NCBI GenBank assembly: GCA_964187785.1
Contig: OZ076409.1
Span: 84,508,001-84,572,000, forward strand
From: Amphiscolops sp. MND2022
Taxonomy: Eukaryota
Length of the DNA: 64,000 nt
Reading direction: 5' to 3'
Shown here: one piece after another, positions 10,978 to 21,307 of the stretch
How the letters are laid out: each line of letters opens with the position of its first letter
Position numbering within the stretch: the stretch's first letter is position 1
Translations under genes and position numbers: made by a program
The notes under the pieces: model-generated
Database searches by the model: none
The model's input: the letters and a program-made list of their open reading frames with translations, nothing else
Told to the model about the DNA's origin: nothing

Positions 10978-11442
10978 ATGTACATAGTGTACATTTGTTC
11001 TTAGTTGTTGCTGTGTACTTATAGTTTTCTGTCTCATTTGCAGTTTCTGAAATTGTTTATTTCTTCACAGTTTATTTTATATTGCTGAATCAGTATTTCA
11101 TGACTCGCTTTGTATTTGTGTACGTTGAGTCCACGTTTTCTGTTTCTTTGTATATATATTAGAGTCAGAGTAGTCCCAAGTAAAAAAGGTCATTTGTCAT
11201 TCTGAGTGGCTGTCGGGACATTAATTTACATATCTGGCTAATATCTGTATTCATCAGTGAAGTTGGGGGTGGGGTTAGGTCGACGATTATATTTCCCTCC
11301 TCTAGGGCTAGAATTTTCTTCATTTTTCCTTTTTCCGATATTCCGGGCACGGTAATATCTACGCCCCTTTCTGAAGCAATTTCCGCATTCTCTAAATCAT
11401 TTGTGACGTCATTTTGATTTTCCGTCCCACGTGGCGTTTCGC

Positions 11443-14400
11443 TCAGCGTCGGGACGACGCGTCACGGTTGCTGGCCGATCTCGGCCGTACTTCATTCGTG
11501 TTGACGTCATTATCATTCATTCTTTCGCTGCTGCGTTCACTTTCGGTTGCGCTGCTGCTTTCATTCTCGGTGACGTAATAGTCGACTTCGTTGTTTGTGG
11601 CGTCTTGCGGCAGATGCATGGCCGTGTCTGGCCAATCATTTTTCTTCTGCTCAAACAGCTCGTACTCAAAGTCCGCTTCCCATGAAATGGTATACAAATC
11701 ATCTTGCGGTATTATTAATTCTTCATCAGGCTGTAATTTCTCTTCTTTGTAGTTGTACTCTAATGGGGTATTTGGAACAAATTTTTTGAGCCTGATCCTG
11801 TGCAAGATCTGCGTTTTATTCGTATTTAAACGACGCACTATGTAATTGTTATTTGGTAAGGTTTTTTGAACGACGAAGGGACCAATCCATCGGAAGTCCC
11901 TAAATGGTATCTTAGAGCCTTGACTATCCGCTTTCGGTTGAAGAACAAAACAGTAGTCTTTCTCTTGTAGCGGAGCTGCTTTGGCCTTGCGGTCGTAGTA
12001 CTCCTTGTACTTTAAATACGACTGCATAATGTTCCTTTTGGTTTGATCAATGAGGATTTGCGTCCTCTGCTGCAATTCTTCCGCGAATTCAGTCGTCGGT
12101 AGGAAATTTTTGTTAGGATTATTCCCTAATTTGTGATCCAGGACGTTATAGGGAATTCGGCCATGAAAGACTTTGCTAGGCTCACAACCAATACTAGCGT
12201 GATAAGTAGTGTTATAGTTGAGCACAGCTAATGGTAAATATTTGTGCCATTGACGACGGTATTCCCCTGAGGCCATCTTTAGGTTGGTTTTTAAAGAGGC
12301 GTGTGTCCTTTCAAGTTTACCAATAGTTTGCGGATGTTTAGTAGTGTCACACTTCAATGTGATCCCCAGTATTGCAGTAATTTCTTCTAAAATTTTTGAT
12401 GTAAATGCGGATCCCTTGTCTGTGATGAGTGTTGTTGGCAAATACGAATGTTTCGTCATGATGTCAATTATCACCTTGGCTACGTTTGCGGCTGTTGCCT
12501 CAATTAGCGGGTAGGCGAATAAATATCTTGAAAATACATCTATTGCCGTCATCACCGTTTGGTATCCGCCGCTAGTTGGTAAATTTGGCAGTAAATCGAT
12601 TTGCATGGCATCTTCTGGGCCTAGGTCCCATTCGGGTAAATTCAGTAATTCTGGGGTGATTACCGTGTTGGGGACCCTTTTGTCCTTGGCACATGTTTCG
12701 CAGCCTTCTACCCATTTTTTGACGTGTTTTGCAATTCCGGGGTAGTAGTATTTTTGGCGAATTTCCTGTAGCATCTTAGAAATGCCCGGGTGTCGATGTG
12801 CCGTGCCATGTATTGCTTGTAATAATTCTTTGAGTAAATGCTTTGGCAATAAGATTTGATGATATTTGACCTGTCCGGTTTCATCGTAGTACTGCCGCGT
12901 CACTATCTCGTCTTTGAGGATTATTCGGTCTATGTTGTTCAAGTAATACTTGTACCGAATATCCTGTTGAAGGATTTCTTCAGAGTATTCCTCTTTTTGA
13001 AGTTTCGCCCTCAATTGGAGGAGAATCGGGTCTCTGGATTGTTCAAGCAGTATCTGATTTGTTCTTCTTAATTTCTGCGTGAAATTAGTAATCTCTTCGA
13101 CGGTATTTTCTGATATAGCGTCAATTTGGATTACTGTCTCAGGGACTATGAGGTCCTTTTTGGATTGTTGTTTCCGTTCCCAAATTTGTTGCTCTGTCTC
13201 ATCGTCTGCCTCAGTAAAGAAGACCTGCTCTTCTTCAGATACTCCCGCTGATTGAACATTGACCTCAATCGGTCGGGTTTCGACGTCTTCACGTATTTTC
13301 AGGACTAACTTTTCAGTAGGGTCCATTTCCATACGTGACAGGTAGTCCGCCGCTGTGTTATTTTTGCCTGGAATGTGCGCTATGACAAAGTTGAATTGAA
13401 TGACAAAATCGCAAGCATTCCAGAGTGGCGGTGGGATTATTTTCGTCTGGAAGAACCTCGTGACCGATTTGTTATCTGTGAGAATGATCACAGGTTGAGG
13501 GGTTCCCCAGAAGATATGTCCAAATTCTTTAAACGCATAATATATGGCTAGGAATTCCTTTGCGTATATCGACATTTTGAGCTGAGAGGGAGTAAAGGTT
13601 TTTGATCCGTAAGCAATTGGCGCATATGATTTCTTGACAGAGGTGTATTTTTGATTTGGGTCATCTTCGGTCAGTATGGCGTAACCGGCTGCCGTAAAAC
13701 TTGCATCAGTCATGAGGACTAGCTGTTTGTTGGGCAGTGGTTGTTTCAGCGCTAGTTGACTGCACCTGTCTAAATCTCTGTTGATTTGATTGAACTGTTC
13801 AACTAGTTCGGTTGTCACTAGGACTTTCTCATCCTTCTTGAGCAGTTGGAAGAAGGGAACTAATTTTTCCGATAATTTGGGTATATAATTCCTGTAGTAG
13901 TTGAGGAAACCAAGATAACGTTGTAGGGCCTTCTTGGACTTCGGGAATTTCGTCTTTTCCAGGAAATTAGTGATTCTTTCTTTTTGGGGTTTTACGCCTT
14001 CAGGTGTAATGGTTCTCCCAAGAAAGTCAATTTCAGTAGCGCCGAAATGGCACTTGTGCATGGACAATTTCAATCCTTCTTCCCTGATACATTGGAACGT
14101 TGCTCTTAAGTTGACGATGAGCTGGTTAGCGTCTATCGCCGCGACACCGATATCGTCCACATATTGAGCACATTGGTCTGCTTTTATAACACGATCCAAG
14201 TATTCCCTCATGAAACTGGAGAAGGCCGACAGGGCTCTACTGAGTCCTTGGGCCAATCTTGTATATGCAAATGTCCTGCTGGCGAAGTTAAAAGCTAGCA
14301 TTTCAATCGATTTCTGGTCTGCCATAGGAAGGCAATGATAAGCTTGGGAACAGTCGAGTTTGCAAAAGAGCTTTTTGCCTGCCATATGTTGCGCCGCATC

Positions 14401-15576
14401 CGTCAAGGTGCTGACTGGGTGGTTGTTATTGACGTAGTCATCTGAAATCAGAATATTGATCTTCCGCAAATCCACCAACAGTCTCAGTTTTCCATTGGGT
14501 TTTTTCTGCGCAAATATTGGACTGGCGTACTTCGAGAATGGTAGTGTTGTTATAATCCCATATTTATGGAGTAATGCCAGTTCGACCAATATGTCCTCTT
14601 TGAGGTTGACCGGAGTAGGTAGGCTCTGACTGTAAGCAGGCGACTGGTCCTTTGGGGTCAGTTTGACCGTAAATTCCTCATTGACGCCAATGTCAAATTT
14701 ATGGCGTGCAAAGATGTCATGGAATTCCACTAATAGAGTTTCTATTTGTCTGATTTCATGTTGTTGTAACATTGAGTCCTTCCAATCAAAATTGCTGAGG
14801 AATTTTCGACGAGATTCCGCATCGTCGTGCGGGTTGAGTTGTTCTAAACTTTGCAGGTTTCGTAATTCTTTGAGAATTCTTTGTTGTATTGGGGTATGGG
14901 TCGTTTCTTCCCCTGGGTTTTCAGGCGTCGGGAACCAATATTGTTCGTATTGGTCATTATTTCTGTTAGCTTTAAGAAGGCTACTAATATAATAAATAGC
15001 GTCGTCTTCATTTTCATTCAGTAAGTGCCAGGTGGACACTGGGTCTATTGGCCTGACGTGTTTCATCTGTTCAGGGGTCATCACTGAAAAGTTTGCAATG
15101 TGCATCCCTTTCTTTATTTTATAGGGTTGATCAGTGAAATTGTTGACGTGTATTCTCATAGCCCCTTCATGTAGTGTGACTATGGCGGCACAGAAGGTTA
15201 TGTCGCCTTCCTCGTGCAGAAGATCGCTGGGTTGCAATATGCCCGTAACTGCATTTTCTGCGTAAATTTGTGATTGAATGGGTATGACCACATGGTCAAT
15301 GGGCGAAATTGTGACATCCTCAGGGTTGAGGATGGGTTCCAAAACATTTGAGTATTTATGGTCAGCCGTCTTGAGTTGCATCGAGAAGTAGGGAAAGTTG
15401 AGTATACCTTGGCGCATGTCCAGGACAGTGTGGTTCCTTTGAAGGAACATTAGTCCAATTATGGTGCTTGACAGTTTTTCCATTACAATGAAAATTTCGT
15501 GAAATTCTATGTCGCCCACTTCGAATTTTAGTTCGACTGTGCTCTTTGGGGTTTCTAAGTCTCCATTTGCGACCAT
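11443..15576 (-). CDS. pol: Pol polyprotein of element 1, main open frame (protease C-terminal part, RT, RNase H, integrase)
   Basis: RT motifs KLDCSQAYH and QYVDDIG; RNase H motifs MTDAS, KEFLAI, LTDNKS, AADYLSR; integrase HHCC zinc motif (H..HPG..CETC) and D,D(35)E core (IDLL / TDKGSAF / KLER). Confidence 0.95.
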   Translation of the reverse strand: MVANGDLETPKSTVELKFEVGDIEFHEIFIVMEKLSSTIIGLMFLQRNHTVLDMRQGILNFPYFSMQLKTADHKYSNVLEPILNPEDVTISPIDHVVIPIQSQIYAENAVTGILQPSDLLHEEGDITFCAAIVTLHEGAMRIHVNNFTDQPYKIKKGMHIANFSVMTPEQMKHVRPIDPVSTWHLLNENEDDAIYYISSLLKANRNNDQYEQYWFPTPENPGEETTHTPIQQRILKELRNLQSLEQLNPHDDAESRRKFLSNFDWKDSMLQQHEIRQIETLLVEFHDIFARHKFDIGVNEEFTVKLTPKDQSPAYSQSLPTPVNLKEDILVELALLHKYGIITTLPFSKYASPIFAQKKPNGKLRLLVDLRKINILISDDYVNNNHPVSTLTDAAQHMAGKKLFCKLDCSQAYHCLPMADQKSIEMLAFNFASRTFAYTRLAQGLSRALSAFSSFMREYLDRVIKADQCAQYVDDIGVAAIDANQLIVNLRATFQCIREEGLKLSMHKCHFGATEIDFLGRTITPEGVKPQKERITNFLEKTKFPKSKKALQRYLGFLNYYRNYIPKLSEKLVPFFQLLKKDEKVLVTTELVEQFNQINRDLDRCSQLALKQPLPNKQLVLMTDASFTAAGYAILTEDDPNQKYTSVKKSYAPIAYGSKTFTPSQLKMSIYAKEFLAIYYAFKEFGHIFWGTPQPVIILTDNKSVTRFFQTKIIPPPLWNACDFVIQFNFVIAHIPGKNNTAADYLSRMEMDPTEKLVLKIREDVETRPIEVNVQSAGVSEEEQVFFTEADDETEQQIWERKQQSKKDLIVPETVIQIDAISENTVEEITNFTQKLRRTNQILLEQSRDPILLQLRAKLQKEEYSEEILQQDIRYKYYLNNIDRIILKDEIVTRQYYDETGQVKYHQILLPKHLLKELLQAIHGTAHRHPGISKMLQEIRQKYYYPGIAKHVKKWVEGCETCAKDKRVPNTVITPELLNLPEWDLGPEDAMQIDLLPNLPTSGGYQTVMTAIDVFSRYLFAYPLIEATAANVAKVIIDIMTKHSYLPTTLITDKGSAFTSKILEEITAILGITLKCDTTKHPQTIGKLERTHASLKTNLKMASGEYRRQWHKYLPLAVLNYNTTYHASIGCEPSKVFHGRIPYNVLDHKLGNNPNKNFLPTTEFAEELQQRTQILIDQTKRNIMQSYLKYKEYYDRKAKAAPLQEKDYCFVLQPKADSQGSKIPFRDFRWIGPFVVQKTLPNNNYIVRRLNTNKTQILHRIRLKKFVPNTPLEYNYKEEKLQPDEELIIPQDDLYTISWEADFEYELFEQKKNDWPDTAMHLPQDATNNEVDYYVTENESSSATESERSSERMNDNDVNTNEVRPRSASNRDASSRR

Positions 15577-16348
15577 TATTTGGAAGGATGGGGCAGGACC
15601 TTCTTTTACAATGGATTGAAGGCCAACAGGCGTATTTTCCTGAGGTCTGCCTCCGGGATTGCACTGGAGTGAGCTCCAGTGTCTATCAGGCCATCTAGAG
15701 TTAATTCCCCAAAGTCCATTGGGAAATAGAGCATTCGTCGTTTGAAATTAAGTCCAAGGTTTGTTGAAAGGGGAACGTATGGTAATTCTCCTTCTTTGGT
15801 CACTAGGAGGTGTAAGAAGGCTGTCTCGTCTAAAAGACTATTAGGAGCCTTGTGGTCCTCCTGTGTGTGTATGGCGTCTACTTCTTGTATAGTTGCCTCA
15901 AAGTTCGGCTGCCAAAGATCAATGAGGGCCCGAGACAGTGTGTTGTCTTCAATGTCTGGGTCGTCCTCGTCGTCAGTTGGAGGGTAATCTTCGTTTCGAA
16001 ATTGTAAATTTGTTTTGTCATATAGTTCTTCGTCCCAGTACGGGTCTTTGCCATACTGGGGGTCATAGTATTGAGGGTTATAATCTTCGACAGTTTGTAA
16101 GGGTCTAAATTGAGTTTCGGAGTCGTTGTAATTGCTTTTCCGTCGATATATGTATGTGGGTGATCACTGTGAATGATATATTGAGTTTCTCTGCGGGCGT
16201 CGGCCATCTGCTGCTGCCAGACAGTCGATGGCATCCCTGTGGTGTCGTTTTGAGTTTGTTTATAAGTAATGTTTGCAGGGTCAGATATGACGTACTGTCG
16301 TACTGACATCTTGTTACATATTTGGAGTCGTGGCGAAATTAGTTTTTT
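15577..16348 (-). pseudogene. pol: N-terminal pol segment of element 1 (linker plus aspartic protease active site), frameshifted
   Basis: LIDTGAHSSAI protease motif in ORF 15606-15803. Comparison with element 2 ORF 24926-25822 shows frame changes near ~16130 and ~15620. Confidence 0.85.
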
Positions 16349-18027
16349 GAGTCCGTTTTACGTGAGTTTGATTGGCCTGAAGATGCAGTTTCAGGGTTAG
16401 TTGACTTTTTGGACGATTTTTCATCGCCAGAGGTGTCATCAGCCTTATCCTCAGGACGTGTCCTTTTGGGGCGTAAATGTGCTCCAGCCCCTTTCCAGCA
16501 TCTCTCAACGGGGTGATTTTTCTTTCCGCAAGTAGGGCATTCTGGGTATGTAGGGCGTTGGGGCTTTTTGCCATTTTTGTCCTCTAGTTCCTTTTTCTTT
16601 TTCAATTTAGGGCAGCTCTTATAAAAGTGGCCTGTGGCTTTACAATAAGAGCATTGTGCGTCCTTATTAGTATTTATGCCATTAGAGAGCAAATTGTTGT
16701 TACTGGTGGACGCAGAGGCCATTGTGGCGATTGGCAAATCGTCTGACTCTTCTAATGCGTTGAGTTCAAGCTCTCTTTCAAGATGAGCGACGATTTCTTC
16801 ATATGTCCCGTTCTCCAGGCGGGCCATATTGACAGATCGTTTCAATTTTGGAGGCAGTTTTGCGTATAATAAGCTGTCAATCATGCTTTTTGCATTTTCG
16901 CCGAAAGCTTTTTCTGCCCCCTGGTTCAGTTCTTCCAAGAAATCCGGCAATTTCATGGTATTCGGATCGAAAGTCAGCCGATGCCATTTGTGTTTTGCCG
17001 TTGCTTGGGATTCCGGTTTGACGTATTTTCTCCGGAATATGATTAGCACATCCTCGAGTGTTTGACGGTTAATTGAGTTTATGTTCCTGAAGGTCTGCAG
17101 GGCCCCTTTTCTGAGCAGTGAGTGAAAATGGTTTATTTTCATTTGCTCTGTCATGGCCGGTTGCATTTTGATCATTGTGTGGAACAAGTCCTCGAAAAGC
17201 TCAAACGTTTCGCTTTTTCCGTCAAATGTCATTGGTGTGGTTTGGACCGGTCGGATGGTCATCGTTTGGGGTTTGTTTTGCAAGTTGACTAGTACATCAG
17301 CCAATCTGTTAAGCGAGTCCTGAGGTGTCTGTGGGACCTCAGGGTCTGGGGCTGGCAGAGTTGTGTCCAGAGAGACATTGTGGTTAGATTGTTGCCTCTC
17401 TAGGTTTGGGATTGAGTGGATTCGTCCAGTCAGGAATTCAGGAATTGGCTGTTGGGTTTCGTTAGCTCCTGTCACCATGTAATGACTACGACCTGCAATG
17501 TCTCTTAAATCACATGCAGACTGTGAGTCCTTCTTTGCAAATTTTGATTTAAACCCGGATGAACATTCCCTATTTTCCTGGCTATTCGGGGAAACACTAG
17601 CCTCAGTGTCCCTATTTCCTGTGGAAGACATAGAACTCACAATGTTCTGGATTTCAGGAATGACTCTCTCAGAAATAGCATTGCTAATTGCCCTGTTTAT
17701 CTGACTATGCACCATAGACATCATTGAATCAATTTCCTGTGACAGTCTAAGGTTGAACTCGTTTGAAAAGGCCTCAAGGGATTGTCTTATGTCATCTTGT
17801 CTAGGAAGATTATTTTCATGAGGAAAATTAGTATACTGATTCTCCAGGTATTCACTCGTCTCAATATCTCCTTGTACTGATGATTGTTCAATGGCATCTG
17901 CTATTTCTCTCTCAATAGGATTTTCACTCCCATTACCTAACATTACGTCCAAGTTGTCCATATCGGACATCATGTCCATTTCTCTAGACTTTCTTGCCTT
18001 AGCTTTCTGTCTTCTTGTGGAAGGCAT
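16339..18027 (-). CDS. gag: Gag (562 aa) of element 1, initiating inside the 5' LTR
   Basis: Capsid-like region (FDGKSETFELFEDLF...) and two CX2CX4HX4C knuckles (CSYCKATGHFYKSC, CPTCGKKNHPVERC); lies upstream of pol. Confidence 0.92.
   Translation of the reverse strand: MPSTRRQKAKARKSREMDMMSDMDNLDVMLGNGSENPIEREIADAIEQSSVQGDIETSEYLENQYTNFPHENNLPRQDDIRQSLEAFSNEFNLRLSQEIDSMMSMVHSQINRAISNAISERVIPEIQNIVSSMSSTGNRDTEASVSPNSQENRECSSGFKSKFAKKDSQSACDLRDIAGRSHYMVTGANETQQPIPEFLTGRIHSIPNLERQQSNHNVSLDTTLPAPDPEVPQTPQDSLNRLADVLVNLQNKPQTMTIRPVQTTPMTFDGKSETFELFEDLFHTMIKMQPAMTEQMKINHFHSLLRKGALQTFRNINSINRQTLEDVLIIFRRKYVKPESQATAKHKWHRLTFDPNTMKLPDFLEELNQGAEKAFGENAKSMIDSLLYAKLPPKLKRSVNMARLENGTYEEIVAHLERELELNALEESDDLPIATMASASTSNNNLLSNGINTNKDAQCSYCKATGHFYKSCPKLKKKKELEDKNGKKPQRPTYPECPTCGKKNHPVERCWKGAGAHLRPKRTRPEDKADDTSGDEKSSKKSTNPETASSGQSNSRKTDSKN
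16342..16348 (-). other. -1 ribosomal frameshift slippery heptamer A AAA AAC at the gag-pol junction
   Basis: Gag ends TCA AAA AAC TAA. The -1 frame continues open (LISPRLQICNKMSVRQ...) into pol. The same heptamer is present in element 3. Confidence 0.8.
17466..17477 (-). other. Primer-binding site of element 1 (TGGTGACAGGAG)
   Basis: Starts with TGG directly after the LTR's terminal CA. An identical 12-mer follows the LTR of element 3. Confidence 0.85.
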
Positions 18028-19008
18028 AAATGGTTGTACTAGAGGTAATATTTAAATTATTCTAGTAATCGGTTATTAACAACTGAACGGTTAATAATTT
18101 GTATCTGAGTATTATCAAAAGGTGAAACTGATAATAATATCGCTTGTCAAAATGTGTCCCTGAGGACAGCTAGTCCTGGGTATTTATAGTTAGGGCGGGG
18201 GTGATGATCTAATTTCAGGGTGTCATGCATCTATTTTTAGAACATAACGGCTAAAAATAGCACCGTGATGTCATCAACACACTAAATATATACTTCAAAG
18301 GGCTAGCTATGACTGAATATTAATACGGCCTCCATGGCTACAATGACAATAACAGCCAAGAATTACATATATTAACATGTAAAAGCAACAATTCATGTAT
18401 CATGTTTTATAACATGACTTTTCTAGCCATATTAGCTAGAATGTATCTAAAATAGTAAGCATCAAGATTTTAATTTCTGTACTTTCAAGGTACAGGAATG
18501 GTCAAGTATCCACGCTGTCTTATTATAGCAACTAATAGAGCAGCTTTCAACTATCTAAAATAACAGCATTGTCGGCTTGTGTCAAAGTGGACACGCTGTC
18601 CTTTATTTATTTCCAAGCCGTGAGAATGAAAGCCAAGTACGGCGCAGGTACTAATACCGCCATATTGGTTTAATAGCAACTGTACATGTACATAACTAAA
18701 TACTGCTCTCTGATTGGTTGATTTCAAATTGGATGCTTTGTCCAAGGCGACAGGCAAGAAAACATTTGAACTCGTTTCCTTTGCCTGTACGCCTTGGTGT
18801 CCAATTTCAAATTCACCGTACATTAATATACATATGAATAGTAACAGCATCTAACATTTTACATTGAGTATAAAATCAACTAATACTAAGCAATCGAAAT
18901 ATTACTTTCCGAACAAGTTTTAATTTATTGGGAGGGTATTCGGCAGGGCTCTTTGGTAGCTGTGGCTTATCGAATACAGATTCCCATCACAGGCGGCCGC
19001 CTGGGACA
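17478..19008 (-). repeat. 5' LTR of element 1
   Basis: Direct repeat of 3883-5413, flanked by the PBS and the TSD. Confidence 0.97.
18156..18188 (-). promoter_or_regulatory. Putative LTR core promoter: TATAAATA-N16-CTCAGGGAC
   Basis: TATA box about 155 nt upstream of the gag ATG. The same motif and spacing occur in the otherwise dissimilar LTR of element 3 (55731-55763). Confidence 0.65.
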
Positions 19009-20794
19009 CTGGAATTTTGGAAAACGTTATAGAAAATTATTGGTCATGGTTTATTTTCGTCAAATCCTGGAATATCTGTCAAGATCTGTCAGGATCTGTA
19101 CAGATTCGCAGGGAGTGCTCAACATGGGTTGGCCCAAGTTTTTTCACAGTTTTGGGTTATTTGAGATTTTCTTTTAGTCAACACCGTTTTCCGAGTTCTC
19201 CACTGCACATTTTATTACAGTTCCAACGAATATATTTTTGTTCCGTTTTCGTGGTTCCCTAGTCGAGTTTGCTTGAACTTTTTACATGCTGCATGGAAAC
19301 ATGCATGCATTTTTTACAAAACATGGAACATTTAGTGACCATGCACGGAACAATTTCGTAGGACTACAATGCAGCTTCCACTGTTTCGATTGAAACTGAA
19401 AACATTACCTCTTCTTCACTTTGTTTTCACGCTCAATTGTTTCAAGTAAGTAACATGTGATCACTGTTAGTCAAATAGCGCGATGAATTTGACGCTACTT
19501 TGAAATTCATAATATGACTGAAGTTTATTTGCATTGGCCGCAGCTGGTTTTAATATGAGAACTGTTGCTCAAGGAAACCTGCAAAACGTCGCGGTTTGGA
19601 ATTTCCGCCCAACTTAAGATGCATCTTATAAGCAGCTTGATAAAATTAAATCAGTGAACTTTTATTGTATGAAACTTTCTTGTATGAGAATTTTATAAAA
19701 TCATGAAAAATTAGCTAGGTAACCTACAAAAACTTGAAAAGTTCAAACAGTTTCAATCAGGGGACGATCAAGCATTGGACTGCGTAGGTTCAAGGTTTCG
19801 TAATGTTCTAGAATGTAAGACTGGCAGGCCAAAATGACTCTTCACCCTACTAGCCCACCAGTGTTCCACTTATGGCCACCCTATTTAGTGATGAGTTTGT
19901 GATGAGAAGAAACATGGTGGCCAACAATGGAAAACCTCCATTGTCATCACGGTATTTTTGTCAATGGCAATTTTCAAAAGCGAAATTCAAAATATAACTT
20001 TCTTCCGCTTGTTTCTTCCTAGTATTTTCGCAGTTCCCATTCAGTATTACATTTTTCGATTTTATCTTCGCCCTGGAACAATTCTTTGTTACGTTACAAG
20101 TGTGATTTTAGCCACACTAAAAATTACTACATGAAACTCATCATAGCAACAAGCTGTAGACCTCTAAATTTCAAAGTTGACATTTGGAACCGCAATTATC
20201 TGGAAATTCAGATATAGGAATGAAAGAAGATTATCAATGGAATTCAAATCAATTTTCAAAAACATTATGTTTTTTCAATTTTTCCGACCATTTGGCAATT
20301 TTCAAATTTCAGTTCGCAATACCTCCTATTATGCGAAATTGGCTTTTATACTACTGGTGTGAAGATACAATTTCCGGTTCAATTTCATGGCCTTGACAAT
20401 GACCTTCAACGTTCAAGTTTACCAATTTGTTTGAGAGTACCTTTTCACCGAATGAACAACCAAAACAGCTGTTGAAACAATCATTTTACGGTGTAAAATA
20501 CCAAGTATTAGCAGTTTTGATCAGTCTTCGTTGTAACGTTTTATGCGGAGGCTTCCTGGAAAAAAATGTAAAAAAATGTAACGACGACCTTGGACGCACC
20601 GATAATTTTGCAAAAATTCGATCCAAACAAACGTGGCCAAATGGAGAAGTTTGCTGAAGTGCTTGCGAGCCCACAAAGGGCAAAAAAGAGAGAAGTCGCC
20701 GCGCAGGAGAAGGAGCAAAGAAGAACGCAAGAAAGAGCAAAAAAGAGTAAAAAAACGGTGTATCATCAGAATATAGGTATTTTTCGCTACCTGT

Positions 20795-21307
20795 TGTAAC
20801 AGAGCCCAGACGTATGTTATCAGCTTAGAACCAGCAATCAGTGCTCTTTGGATATTCCAGGTCATGCGCTGGACGAACAACCTACAGAACCCTATAATGG
20901 ACTACAGAACTATAATGGACTACGTTATCATAATTGCCTTTGTACTGGATGTATTCCAATTATACTATATGCTCGAGAGCTGCTACACAGTTCTTTTGGA
21001 TGCTCTTTGATAGTTTTCATCAACTATCCTTTTTTGGCGTAAATTCACATTTCGGCAATCCTGACCAGGTTTTTAGTGGCTATTCTTACGGTGGTCCCGA
21101 GGAACAAGCAAGATTTAATAGCAATAGCAGACCAGATTAAGGCTAGAGAGCATCCTGGAAAGACAGCTCACCCTTCTCGGGACCGGCGTCCTTAGGAAGA
21201 AAAATGAAACGCAGTGTGAAGCTGTTTTCCCCGAACGATGTATGTGTCCGCGCTTATTCCTCTATCACCGCTTGCGAACTTACGCCATATTAGAGCTTAT
21301 CGTTACA
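20795..21307. repeat. Possible solo-LTR-like repeat (TGTAAC...GTTACA); its right part recurs, diverged, at ~23245-23380
   Basis: Inverted 6-bp termini; 21173-21305 is similar to 23245-23378; no clean TSD. Confidence 0.35.

Larger units (their letters stand above)
3883..19008 (-). mobile_element. Full-length Ty3/Gypsy-type LTR retrotransposon (element 1, 15,126 bp) with two accessory genes
   Basis: Two 1531-bp direct repeats with TGT...ACA ends; 5-bp TSD CTGGA at 3878-3882 and 19009-19013; PBS and PPT adjacent to the LTRs; gag, then PR-RT-RNaseH-IN domain order (Gypsy order). Confidence 0.97.

Noticed and set aside
11431..15000. Short plus-strand ORFs opposite pol (and minus-strand ones opposite element 3 pol)
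   Set aside because: Shadow frames of the pol coding sequence.
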